DNA of 64,000 nucleotides from Candidatus Marinacidobacterales bacterium (GTDB lineage Bacteria > Acidobacteriota > Vicinamibacteria > Marinacidobacterales > DATDRI01), in assembly GCA_965226495.1 (NCBI GenBank), contig OZ245365.1, forward strand, positions 5,344,001 through 5,408,000, written 5' to 3'. Below, piece after piece: positions 1 to 8,117 of the stretch (positions are counted from its first letter, which is position 1; each line of letters begins with the position of its first letter). The notes under the pieces were generated by a model. It had not been told where the DNA came from. It saw nothing but the letters and a program-made list of their open reading frames with translations, and made no database searches. Made by a program: the position numbers and the translations under genes.

Positions 1-495
1 GACGATTTGACTAAGCGCATCGCGTCGCAGAAAAACATCGCTGTCGATCAATGCCGTGATTTCGGCATTGTGAAGCCTCATTCCTGCCGCTATTGCGCTC
101 CTTTTTCCTTCGTTCTCCGGTAGGTGGACGCCCTTGTGGCCGAAGGCCTTGGTTGCCTGATCCATCCAGTAGCCGGTGTCATCACCGCTCCCGTCATTGA
201 CGAGGATCACCGTCAGCTTCTCTTTCGGATAATCCTGAGCAGCAAGAGACCGCGCCGTTGAGTATATTCCCCTCGATTCATTCCTAGCGGGAATAATCAC
301 GGCTACATGAGGCTGATAAGACATCAGGGGAAGAAGTTCAGGATTATACAATGCAAAGAAAACATAGCGCGCTATGATTAGAGCTCCCACCAATGCCGCA
401 TATGCGGAGAACACAGGATGGTAGTTGAATACATTTGATACGCGAATCAGGATTATGACGGAGGCCAACCCAGCAAAAAGAATCCAGAAAGCCAT
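1..495 (-). CDS. Membrane GT2 glycosyltransferase (hyaluronan synthase/NodC-like), 3' part runs off the window edge
   Basis: Not in the ORF track. Manual translation from ATG at 495 gives MAFWILFAGLASVIIL (2 TM), then VAVIIPARNE, QDYPKEKL, VNDGSGDDT, ENEGKRSAIAAG and IDSD; the frame is open to base 1. AT-richer than the rest of the window. The start may lie further upstream. Confidence 0.85.
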   Translation of the reverse strand, partial: MAFWILFAGLASVIILIRVSNVFNYHPVFSAYAALVGALIIARYVFFALYNPELLPLMSYQPHVAVIIPARNESRGIYSTARSLAAQDYPKEKLTVILVNDGSGDDTGYWMDQATKAFGHKGVHLPENEGKRSAIAAGMRLHNAEITALIDSDVFLRRDALSQIV

Positions 496-576
496 TTGAG
501 ATGGGTGTTTTATTCGGAGAAGCTTGGAAAGCCCCCCGAAACATGTTGGGGCATCTAACCAGAATGGGCTCCCCCT

Positions 577-801
577 ATTTCTGCGTACCGCCGAGGCATC
601 GAGCTTGGAGTCGATCACGCGGTCGCTCACGACAACCTTGGTGTTCTGCTCGACAAGTTTGGAGAGCCAAAAGAAGCAGAGCGTGAATTAAACAGGGCGT
701 TTAGCCGCGACCCAAGTCTCAGGTCACGCCTCAAGGGGAGGGTTCCAATAGCTAGGTGTGTCATGCATTCCATCCTGCGCTCTAGCAAGGTCTCGTTGTG
801 A
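577..801 (+). pseudogene. C-terminal remnant of a TPR-repeat protein
   Basis: Manual translation ISAYRRGIELGVDHAVAHDNLGVLLDKFGEPKEAERELNRAFSRDP fits the TPR consensus; no start codon. Confidence 0.6.
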
Positions 802-822
802 CGGAGCGATATCCACTCGACT

Positions 823-1134
823 GTGCCAGTGGGAACGGCGGCAGTGCTCTTGCTCGGCGCTCTGGCACTGTGGCCCTACGGCTATCACACTTTTCTTCGA
901 TGGGTCGTGTGCATGACTGCGTTGATGGTGGCTTTCCGTGCGCACGACAGCGAGCGTTTTGGGACGGTTTGGACTCTTGGCCTTCTTGCTCTCCTTTTCA
1001 ACCCTCTAATTCCAATACACCTAACCCGTGTTCGAATCGCGGTTTACTTGGACGCGATCCGAAGATGGGCTCGGCGGTTCTTTTGCCAGCACGCCTCGTT
1101 ATGGTCGCTGCAGGCCGGCCGATCCTTCCCGTAG
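823..1134 (+). pseudogene. DUF6804-like small membrane protein, probably 3'-truncated at ~1030
   Basis: LWPYGYHTFLRWVV and LLFNPLIPIHLTR motifs; after IHLTR the frame runs into the antisense of pal. Confidence 0.6.
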
Positions 1135-1598
1135 CTGATCGTGCGGAGTCGGTTGGCCGGCACACCAAGTGAGACGAGGTAGTCCATCGCGGACTTGGCT
1201 CTACGTTCCCCGAGCGCCAAGTTGTACTCCACCGTCCCGCGTTCATCGCAGTGTCCTTCGACCTCGATGACCGCGGTGTTGTAGCTCAGCTTCAACCAGT
1301 CGGCGCTTTTGGCCATGGCATCCCTCGCCTCGGGCTGCAGATCCGACCGGTCATAGTCGAAATGGGCGTCGGACAGGTTCTTTTGGAGCTCGATGGCCGT
1401 CGCCTCAACAAAGAGATCCTCCGCCGTCGGTTGCTTCCGCGGTGGTGGTGGCGGTGGTGGCGGCGGCGGTGGTGGTGGCTCCTCCTTTGGTGGAGGCGGT
1501 GGCGGCGGGGGTGGATTCTTTCCGCAACCCACAAGATCGGTCGCTAGGACGACGACAAATACGAACAGTCCTAGCGAGGCTATCCATCGTTTCTTCAC
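1044..1598 (-). CDS. pal: Peptidoglycan-associated lipoprotein (OmpA-C domain) with a polyproline linker
   Basis: Lipobox LVGC; HFDYDRS, EGHCDERGTVEYNLALGERRA, ISYGK, KNRRA; AGGAGG RBS. Confidence 0.92.
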   Translation of the reverse strand: MKKRWIASLGLFVFVVVLATDLVGCGKNPPPPPPPPPKEEPPPPPPPPPPPPPRKQPTAEDLFVEATAIELQKNLSDAHFDYDRSDLQPEARDAMAKSADWLKLSYNTAVIEVEGHCDERGTVEYNLALGERRAKSAMDYLVSLGVPANRLRTISYGKDRPACSDHNEACWQKNRRAHLRIASK

Positions 1599-1775
1599 GA
1601 AGTCACCTCCTACGCGTTATGATAGGTAGAATTGAGATGGTTCCTCATGACACCACAGTCGGTTCGCGTGCTGGGGCTCTAGCCCAGGGCTGTTTTCCAT
1701 ATGGAGTCACGAAACTGGTAGAGTACCCGAAATCGGCGGTTAGTTTAAACGCCAGAGCGTGAATTTGTCAAGGTC

Positions 1776-2069
1776 ATGGCAAAAAAACAGCCAAAAGAAA
1801 TCAAGAAGAAGATACTAACCAAGGAAGTCCTTGCCTTCGTGGTGGTCGTTTTGGCGGTCACCGGGTACCTGCTTTGTCAGGGGGCCACCAAACCTTCCGC
1901 TACCGCAGAAGGGCCTACCGCCGCACCGGCGGCGCCGAATCAAACCCTCGCCGCCGGGAACGCCCTTCCGGTGGTTCGTCTCATCTCGCTCAACGGGAAT
2001 AGCCTTCTGCGCTCGAAGTGGACCGAGAAGAGCATCCGATACACGGGTGGCCAATGGGTTACGGTCTGA
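1776..2069 (+). CDS. Small hypothetical single-pass membrane protein
   Basis: Lys-rich N-terminus, hydrophobic segment, Ala/Pro linker; no family recognised. Confidence 0.5.
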   Translation: MAKKQPKEIKKKILTKEVLAFVVVVLAVTGYLLCQGATKPSATAEGPTAAPAAPNQTLAAGNALPVVRLISLNGNSLLRSKWTEKSIRYTGGQWVTV

Positions 2070-2115
2070 CGATTGACTGAAGACAGGGATTTGCGAAACG
2101 AACCCAATTCTCTAG

Positions 2116-2337
2116 CTACGAGCTTGTGTGCTTCCGCCGCCACCTGATAGCCTTGGCAACCGTCTTGTCCGTCACGCCCAGACTTTTGGCAATGCGGGAG
2201 AAGCTAAGACCTAGCTGGCGCAGCCGCTCAGCTTGGGCGGCGACCCTCTGGTACGCTGGGGGGTCTACGGTCTCGAGAAGGAAGGCCTCGAACGGGGTCT
2301 CACCTGCGGTTCGAATTCTTTGCGACCGCCTCCACCA
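2116..2337 (-). pseudogene. Start-less helix-turn-helix reading frame beginning at the att-like repeat
   Basis: WWRRSQRIRTAGETPFEAFLLETVDPPAYQRVAAQAERLRQLGLSFSRIAKSLGVTDKTVAKAIRW; no start codon between the upstream in-frame stop and the HTH segment. Confidence 0.55.
2308..2337 (+). repeat. att-like direct repeat, copy 1 (tRNA/tmRNA 3'-end-like)
   Basis: GGTTCGAATTCTTTGCGACCGC followed by CTCCACCA; the 22-mer is identical at 3196-3217. Confidence 0.85.
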
Positions 2338-2428
2338 ATTTTCCCGACTCCGTCGCGAAAATTGGCCGCCGTAACTACATCAACTGTTTGAGCGAAGGCG
2401 GGCTACCCTGCGGGCCCAACATCGGAAA

Positions 2429-2725
2429 TCAACTCGCCCTTAGAACAGGCTTGGGTAGTTTCTCGACCCGCCTAGCCGCGAGGTAAAGGTCAACTGCCTT
2501 CTGAGCGTTTAGCCAAAACTCGGGCGTTGTTCTGAACGTCGCACCGAGCTTGAGAGCCATCTCCGCAGTCACGGAGGTCCGACCGTTCACAAGCCTATTA
2601 ACGACTTTGACATCGCAACCGAGATGGTCGGCCAGTCGTTTTTGTGTCATACCGAGCGGAACCAGGAATTCTTCTTTGAGAATCTCCCCGGGGCTCGTGG
2701 GTTTGCGCCTTCTTCTTTCATTCAT
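2429..2725 (-). CDS. higA: HigA family antitoxin
   Basis: PTSPGEILKEEFLVPLG, HTH, TAEMALKLG, PEFWLNAQ. Confidence 0.93.
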   Translation of the reverse strand: MNERRRRKPTSPGEILKEEFLVPLGMTQKRLADHLGCDVKVVNRLVNGRTSVTAEMALKLGATFRTTPEFWLNAQKAVDLYLAARRVEKLPKPVLRAS

Positions 2726-2735
2726 GACAGTTCTC

Positions 2736-3026
2736 TTAATGGTAATCTCGAATATCGACCTCTCCGGGACCAGCGCCCGTCCAGCGGAACACGACTCGCC
2801 ACTGATCGTTGATCCTGATGCTGTGAAAGCCCTTGAGGTCTCCCCTCAAAGCCTCCAGCCGGTTTCCGGGCGGGGAGGCAAGATCACTCAGCTTCTCAGA
2901 ATAATCCAGCATATCGAGCTTCCTGATAGCCATTTTCGCGACACGGGCCCACCCTACCCGCTTGTTGATTCGACCCTCCCGGAAGAACCTTTCGACGTTC
3001 CGACTGGCGAAACTCTGTATCGCCAC
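2736..3026 (-). CDS. higB: HigB (RelE-fold) toxin
   Basis: IQSF, LASPPGNRLEALRGDLKGFHSIRINDQWRVVFRW, C-terminal DYH; toxin lies upstream of the antitoxin. Confidence 0.93.
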   Translation of the reverse strand: MAIQSFASRNVERFFREGRINKRVGWARVAKMAIRKLDMLDYSEKLSDLASPPGNRLEALRGDLKGFHSIRINDQWRVVFRWTGAGPGEVDIRDYH

Positions 3027-3061
3027 GGCGTTATTATACCACAGTTAGGTATACCCAGCAA
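3027..3061 (-). promoter_or_regulatory. sigma70-type promoter of higBA, likely leaderless
   Basis: TTGCTG-N17-TATAAT with extended TG, 6 nt before the GTG start; a GGTATACC palindrome in the spacer may be the operator. Confidence 0.7.
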
Positions 3062-3195
3062 AGGTAAGGTGGGCTTAACTAGGTGGCGACATCTCCAGGT
3101 GGACTTTGTAACGGCAACTCCGGAAATTAGGACCCCGCCTCCTGTCCAACATCCCGCTGCCGGGGGAGAGGTCGCCGTGGGGAAGGTATCTTCCT

Positions 3196-3224
3196 GGTTC
3201 GAATTCTTTGCGACCGCGTCACCA
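3196..3224 (+). repeat. att-like direct repeat, copy 2
   Basis: GGTTCGAATTCTTTGCGACCGC followed by GTCACCA. Confidence 0.85.
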
Positions 3225-3227
3225 CGA

Positions 3228-3335
3228 CAGGTGTACATCCTACGAAGTCTCATCGATCCGGACCGCCACTACGTCGGCTTGACCGCCGACGTGCATCAAC
3301 GCTTGGCTTGGCACAATGTCGGTCAATCGGCGCAC
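3228..3335 (+). pseudogene. N-terminal fragment of a GIY-YIG nuclease
   Basis: VYILRSLIDPDRHYVGLTADVHQRLAWHNVGQSAH. Confidence 0.8.
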
Positions 3336-3600
3336 ATGCCGAAGGAGGAGCAGATACTTTTCCAAATGATCCAGCAGGCTCAAGGTTCGATGGCAGAGGG
3401 TCCCAACTCAGTGATGGAAGGCGAGCACGAGGATACGGCCACGGCACTGCGTCGGTTGCGGTCGTTGACAGACGACTACACCTTACCGGAGGAAGCCTGT
3501 CAACACCTGGCGAGCGCTGTGGCATCACCTCGCGGCGCTCGGTCTCTTCACCGTCACATTCATTTGGAGAACAACATTTTTTCCCCGGTGCGCTCGCAAG
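3333..3600 (+). pseudogene. C-terminal fragment of an iron-sulfur cluster repair di-iron protein (YtfE/RIC family)
   Basis: HMPKEEQILF, VMEGEHED, LRSLTDDYTLPEEAC, HIHLENNIF; NTWRALW is recovered in the +1 frame. Confidence 0.85.
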
Positions 3601-3684
3601 TTAGTACCGAACTTGCGCTTCGCATCGAGGAACGCGAAAGGACTCGTAGATCTCGCGGCATGCCGGTAGCAGCTGCCCTCGATC

Positions 3685-4239
3685 TCAGCTCTGAGGCGTG
3701 GGCTTCGATTCGCCAGCGTCCTCTTCCGTCGTGAGAAACTCGGCGGTTTCCTCCGCCGAGACAGCGACAGGGCCAGTCACCAGGACGGGAGAAGCGTCGA
3801 TCTCCTGGGCGTGCATCATCTCCGCGACCCTCTGAAGCGTTGAGAGGATGAGCGTCTGCTCCCAGTCCGCGAGCTTCCGGAGTTCCGTGACGAAGCGCTC
3901 TTGAAGCAAGGGAGGGGCCTGCTTGATGGCCTCTCGACCCGCGGCAGTCAGCTCGTTCACGACGCGGCGCTTGTCCGGTGTTCTCCGCTGCCTCTCGATG
4001 AGCTTTCTCTTTTCGAGTCGTTCCAGAATTTCGGATAGGGTCGCCTGTCCCAGCGAGACACTCTCGGCAAGTTGACCCGTCGTTTGTGACCCACGCAACC
4101 CCAAGGAATGCAACACCACGAGCTGGGGTCCCGTTAGACCGTAGCGCTGGGCGAGGTATTTCGAATGCAGGTCCACGGCCCGGATGATCCGTCGCAGAGC
4201 AGCGAGGATCTCACCGTGTGTATCGAAGTCGTTCTTCAT
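3685..4239 (-). CDS. MarR family regulator, EctR-like
   Basis: LAALRRIIRAVDLHSKYL, GLTGPQL, DKRRV, LQERF, WEQTLILSTLQRVAEMM, DASPVL; start reassigned to ATG 4239. Confidence 0.88.
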   Translation of the reverse strand: MKNDFDTHGEILAALRRIIRAVDLHSKYLAQRYGLTGPQLVVLHSLGLRGSQTTGQLAESVSLGQATLSEILERLEKRKLIERQRRTPDKRRVVNELTAAGREAIKQAPPLLQERFVTELRKLADWEQTLILSTLQRVAEMMHAQEIDASPVLVTGPVAVSAEETAEFLTTEEDAGESKPTPQS

Positions 4240-4291
4240 GATCACTGCCGAGCTCGACCTTCCAACGCCACGCCAGTGGTACCTTCCGGGC

Positions 4292-5797
4292 TCATAATCG
4301 GCTACTCTCATCGGCCCATCGGCGTACGTGGCCCGCAAGCAAGTGCGGGTTCGAGAACTGGCGCACGAAGATGTCGAGGTAGACCTGTTCCTCGCTGTTG
4401 CGGGCCGGAGCGGCGGGCTCCACGTCAGCGATGAATCCGCGCAAGATCGCGCCCATTCTCTCGACGATGCCGGTGCCCTCGTCGAACTGGGCCTTCCGGC
4501 GCCAGAGAATATCGGCGGGCAGGAGGTCCTCACAAGCCTTTCTCAGAATCCACTTCTCTGTTGCCTTCGGAGATGGCGCTGGGTAGAGCTTGAGCTCGGC
4601 GGGAATGCGGAAGGCCAGGTCGATCATGGAAAGATCTAGAAAGGGGACACGGCCCTCGACACAATGCGCCATGGTCATCCGATCCACCCGCTGCAGATTG
4701 ATGTTGTGCATGGAGCCGACGGAACGACGCAGCTCGTCCTGTAGTGTCTTCGCCCGGTTAGTGTAGTCCTTGTAGTACGCATAACCTGCAAAAAGCTCAT
4801 CTGCTCCCTCACCGGTTAGGATCACTTTGACGTAGTCCGACGCCAGGCGTGCAGTGAAGTAGCAGGGAATGGCGGAGCGTACCAGGTCCAGATCGAACGA
4901 CTCCAGGTGATAGAGGATCTCCGGGAGCTTGGCGCGGACCTCATTCTCGTTCAGGACGTACTCGTGGTGAACGGTATCGAGAATACGAGAGAGATACCGC
5001 GCCGCTTCGAGATCATCGCTTCCCGCGAAGCCGACGCTGAACGTGTGGAGCTCGGAGACGTGCTGGCGAGCGATCGCAGTTACGATGCCGCTGTCGAGAC
5101 CCCCGGAAAGGAACGCGCCGACGGGAACATCACTCATCAGACGCTTTTGGACGGCGTCTTCGATGGTGGCTCTCACCGCTAAGGCCAAGGCGTCTGGGTC
5201 GGCCTGACTTTGCGGGTTCGGTTCATGCTCTGGGAGCTCGTAGTAAGGTTGGAAGCCCGTCTCTGAGTGAAACCACGTGCCCGCCGGAAACTCCTGTGCC
5301 CGAGAAACTCTCGAAGGAAAGGCCTTGAGCTCGGAAGCAAACAGCAGTCGGCCATCGTCCTTTGCTACATAGAGAGGCTTGATGCCCACTGGATCGCGCG
5401 CCGCGTACAAGTGCTTGCCGTCAGCAATGACAAAGGCGAACATCCCATCAAGGCTTGTCGGTAGAGTGACCCCCTCCGCGTCGTACAGGTGAAGGGCAGC
5501 TTCGGTGTCGCTTCCGGTGTGGAAGCAGTAGCGCCCGGCTAAACTGCGCCGAATCTCCGGCAAGTTGTAGATCTCGCCATTGCCGACGATAGCTCTCCCA
5601 GTGTCCGATCGGATCGGTTGATCACCCCCCGCGGGATCCATGATGGAAAGGCGACGGTGCCCCAAGGTGCCGTGCTCGTTCGCGAATTTGCCGGCCGCAT
5701 CCGGGCCCCGGTGAGCGAGGCTCGCCATCATGCGATCGACGAGCTTCGCATCTTCTGCCGTCGCGGGGGTTCCCCATACTCCAGCGATGCCACACAT
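4292..5797 (-). CDS. asnB: Asparagine synthase-type glutamine amidotransferase
   Basis: N-terminal MCGI (Ntn Cys), HRGPD, NGEIYN, LSGGLDS, TGEGADE, RVPFLD. Confidence 0.9.
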   Translation of the reverse strand: MCGIAGVWGTPATAEDAKLVDRMMASLAHRGPDAAGKFANEHGTLGHRRLSIMDPAGGDQPIRSDTGRAIVGNGEIYNLPEIRRSLAGRYCFHTGSDTEAALHLYDAEGVTLPTSLDGMFAFVIADGKHLYAARDPVGIKPLYVAKDDGRLLFASELKAFPSRVSRAQEFPAGTWFHSETGFQPYYELPEHEPNPQSQADPDALALAVRATIEDAVQKRLMSDVPVGAFLSGGLDSGIVTAIARQHVSELHTFSVGFAGSDDLEAARYLSRILDTVHHEYVLNENEVRAKLPEILYHLESFDLDLVRSAIPCYFTARLASDYVKVILTGEGADELFAGYAYYKDYTNRAKTLQDELRRSVGSMHNINLQRVDRMTMAHCVEGRVPFLDLSMIDLAFRIPAELKLYPAPSPKATEKWILRKACEDLLPADILWRRKAQFDEGTGIVERMGAILRGFIADVEPAAPARNSEEQVYLDIFVRQFSNPHLLAGHVRRWADESSRL

Positions 5798-7356
5798 TAC
5801 CGCACGAGTCCTTGTTGTCGGAGAAACTCGCTGGCTACGGACTCAAGGCGGCGCTTGTTCTCGTCCACCTCGGCATTCAGTCGGCGCATCGTGGTGTCGT
5901 CGATACGACCACCCAAATCTGCCAGCTCCCGACGGAGCTCGGGCCAGCGTTCGAGGACCTCGCGTCGCGCCACTGGTGCAGCTTGGTACGGCGGAAAGTA
6001 CGAAGCATCGTCCATCAAAGTCTGGAGCTCGTAGGCATCAATCCGCCCGTCGGTGGCGAAGGCCGCGATGGCGTCGACTTGCTTTCCGGCGAGAGCGGCG
6101 TACATCAACGCCGGGTCGAAATCGCGCACCTCGGCGAACTCGAAACCGTACTGGCGGCTCAAACCTGGGTAGCCGTCCGCTCGCTCGGCAAACTCGGAGG
6201 TGAATCCCGCACGCAGGCGTGGCGCGTCTCGAGCGAGATCGGAAATGGTAGCCCATTTGCGCCGCTGAGCATCGTCGCGCCGTACCGCGATCGTGTAGCT
6301 ATTGTTGAAACCCAGTGGTTCCAGCCACTCCAAATCGAAGCGCTCACGATACTCTTTGGTAACAATAGCCCACACATCGTCAGAGGATTCCGGCATCTCC
6401 AGATTCAAGACAGCCGCGAGCGCCGTGCCTGAATACTCCACGTAGAGATCGAGCTCACCCGATACGAGCGCCTCGTGGCAGATCATCGTCCCGCCGAGGT
6501 TCGGGTATCGATCCACTCCAAGGTCGGTGCGCGCTTCCACGAGCTGCGCGATAATTTCCGCCAAGAGGAGCTGCTCCGTGAAATTCTTGCTCCCGATACG
6601 GACCACGCCCTTCCGGGGCGCTGCCGTAGGTGGGCCTGCCGAGTCACCGAGACCGAGGGAAAGCGCTGCGAGCAGGACCAGCAGCAGTGGTGAGCATGCG
6701 GCGACAGGTTTGAGACGCGCTTTCCAAGCGCCTCGTTCCCCCCGCCGGGGGGCTCGAAATCCCCAAGCGGCCGCTCCCAAGCTGAAGTCCACCGCGAGTG
6801 CAAGGATGGCCGCCGGAATGGCACCGAGAAGGATGAGATCGTAGCGCGCGAGTGCCAAGCCGCGGTTGATGAACTGTCCCAGTCCACCAGCCCCGATGAA
6901 GGCCGAAAGCGTCGCGATGCCGACACCCACCACCGCGGCGGTCCGTATCCCAGCAACGATGATCGGCGCCGCCAACGGAAGTTCTACAATGACGAGACGT
7001 TGGCGCGAGCTCATCCCCACACCGTCGGCGGCCTCGGCGATCGACGGCGAGATGTTCTCGAAGCCCGCGAGCGTGTTGCGCACGATCGGCAACAATGCGT
7101 AGAGGGATAGGGCCGTGACGGCCGGGAAAGCCCCGATCTGCCGGAACAGGACGAGAAGAAGCGCCAGCATGGCGAGACTCGGAATCGTCTGAAAAATGCT
7201 GACGGTGCTCACCACCACGCCCCGCAGAGCACGGTGCCGTGCGGCGAGAATACCCAGGGGGATCCCCACGACGATAGCGAACAAAGTCGATGCGCCGGTG
7301 AGCACCAGGTGCTCGCCTGTCCTCAGCCATAGCTCAGCCCAGCGTGAGGCGTCCAT
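5797..7356 (-). CDS. Osmoprotectant (glycine betaine/choline-type) ABC transporter, fused permease and substrate-binding protein
   Basis: QTIPSLA, EAADGVGM, GAGGLG permease, followed by GSKNFTEQ, YVEYSGT, GFNNSY, FPPY binding domain. Confidence 0.92.
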   Translation of the reverse strand: MDASRWAELWLRTGEHLVLTGASTLFAIVVGIPLGILAARHRALRGVVVSTVSIFQTIPSLAMLALLLVLFRQIGAFPAVTALSLYALLPIVRNTLAGFENISPSIAEAADGVGMSSRQRLVIVELPLAAPIIVAGIRTAAVVGVGIATLSAFIGAGGLGQFINRGLALARYDLILLGAIPAAILALAVDFSLGAAAWGFRAPRRGERGAWKARLKPVAACSPLLLVLLAALSLGLGDSAGPPTAAPRKGVVRIGSKNFTEQLLLAEIIAQLVEARTDLGVDRYPNLGGTMICHEALVSGELDLYVEYSGTALAAVLNLEMPESSDDVWAIVTKEYRERFDLEWLEPLGFNNSYTIAVRRDDAQRRKWATISDLARDAPRLRAGFTSEFAERADGYPGLSRQYGFEFAEVRDFDPALMYAALAGKQVDAIAAFATDGRIDAYELQTLMDDASYFPPYQAAPVARREVLERWPELRRELADLGGRIDDTTMRRLNAEVDENKRRLESVASEFLRQQGLVR

Positions 7357-8117
7357 CAGGTGAGCACGTTGGCGATCACGTGCTGCTGCTCTCGGATTCG
7401 TCCGACGAGTTGCTCGACGTACGCGGTCGCGGGCCGTCGAAGAACCTCCTGCGGAGCGCCCACTTGTTCGAGCCGGCCCTCGTGCAGGACGGCGATACGA
7501 TCCCCAAGCCTGATGGCCTCGAAGACGTCATGGGTTACGAACAAGATCGTCTTGTGAAACCTTTTCTTGAGCGCCAGCAACTCTTGTTGAAGCTCGTCTC
7601 GGGTCACGGCGTCGAGGGCACCAAAGGGCTCGTCCATAAGCAGCTGCGCCGGATCGGCAGCGAGGGCGCGCGCAACACCGACTCTCTGCTGTTGACCTCC
7701 GGAGAGCTCCTCCGGAAAGCGCTCTCCGTAGACGGAAGGCGCAAGTCCCACGAGCTCCAGCATTTCATGCGCTCGATGTCGCTGGTCGGTCGAGTGGAAT
7801 CCCAGAAGCCTTGGAACGATGCCGACGTTTTGCTCCACTGTCAGGTGCGGAAAAAGGCCGATACCCTGGAAGACATACCCGAGGGAGCGGCGCAGAGCGA
7901 TGGGGTCCATTGTGGCCGTGTTGTGGTTGTTGACGACGACGGTGCCACTCGTTGGCTGGACGAGGCCATTCACCATCTTGAGGAGCGTGGTCTTTCCGGA
8001 CCCCGAAGACCCTAACAGCACGAGCGTTTCACCATCCGAAACCTCGAGGCTGAGAGCGTGGACGGCGAAGCTGCCCCCACCGTCGAAGGATTTGGAGACG
8101 TTCCGAAACGCGATCAC
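7356..8117 (-). CDS. Osmoprotectant ABC transporter ATPase (OpuCA/ProV-like, no CBS domains)
   Basis: GSSGSGKTT, LSGGQQQR, LLMDEPFGALD, VTHD. Confidence 0.93.
   Translation of the reverse strand: MIAFRNVSKSFDGGGSFAVHALSLEVSDGETLVLLGSSGSGKTTLLKMVNGLVQPTSGTVVVNNHNTATMDPIALRRSLGYVFQGIGLFPHLTVEQNVGIVPRLLGFHSTDQRHRAHEMLELVGLAPSVYGERFPEELSGGQQQRVGVARALAADPAQLLMDEPFGALDAVTRDELQQELLALKKRFHKTILFVTHDVFEAIRLGDRIAVLHEGRLEQVGAPQEVLRRPATAYVEQLVGRIREQQHVIANVLT

Noticed and set aside
1393-1762. Gly-rich and Val/Ala-rich plus-strand ORFs
   Set aside because: Shadows of the pal polyproline codons.
2260-2337. tRNA or tmRNA gene ending in CCA
   Set aside because: Only a T-loop/CCA-like end is present; no acceptor-stem partner or cloverleaf is visible upstream (same at 3196-3224).
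2308-3217. CRISPR array from the 22-bp repeats
   Set aside because: Only two copies 888 bp apart and no cas genes.
2550-3734. 394-aa ORF as a real novel protein
   Set aside because: The first half is antisense to higBA and the rest is the GIY-YIG/RIC remnant chimera.
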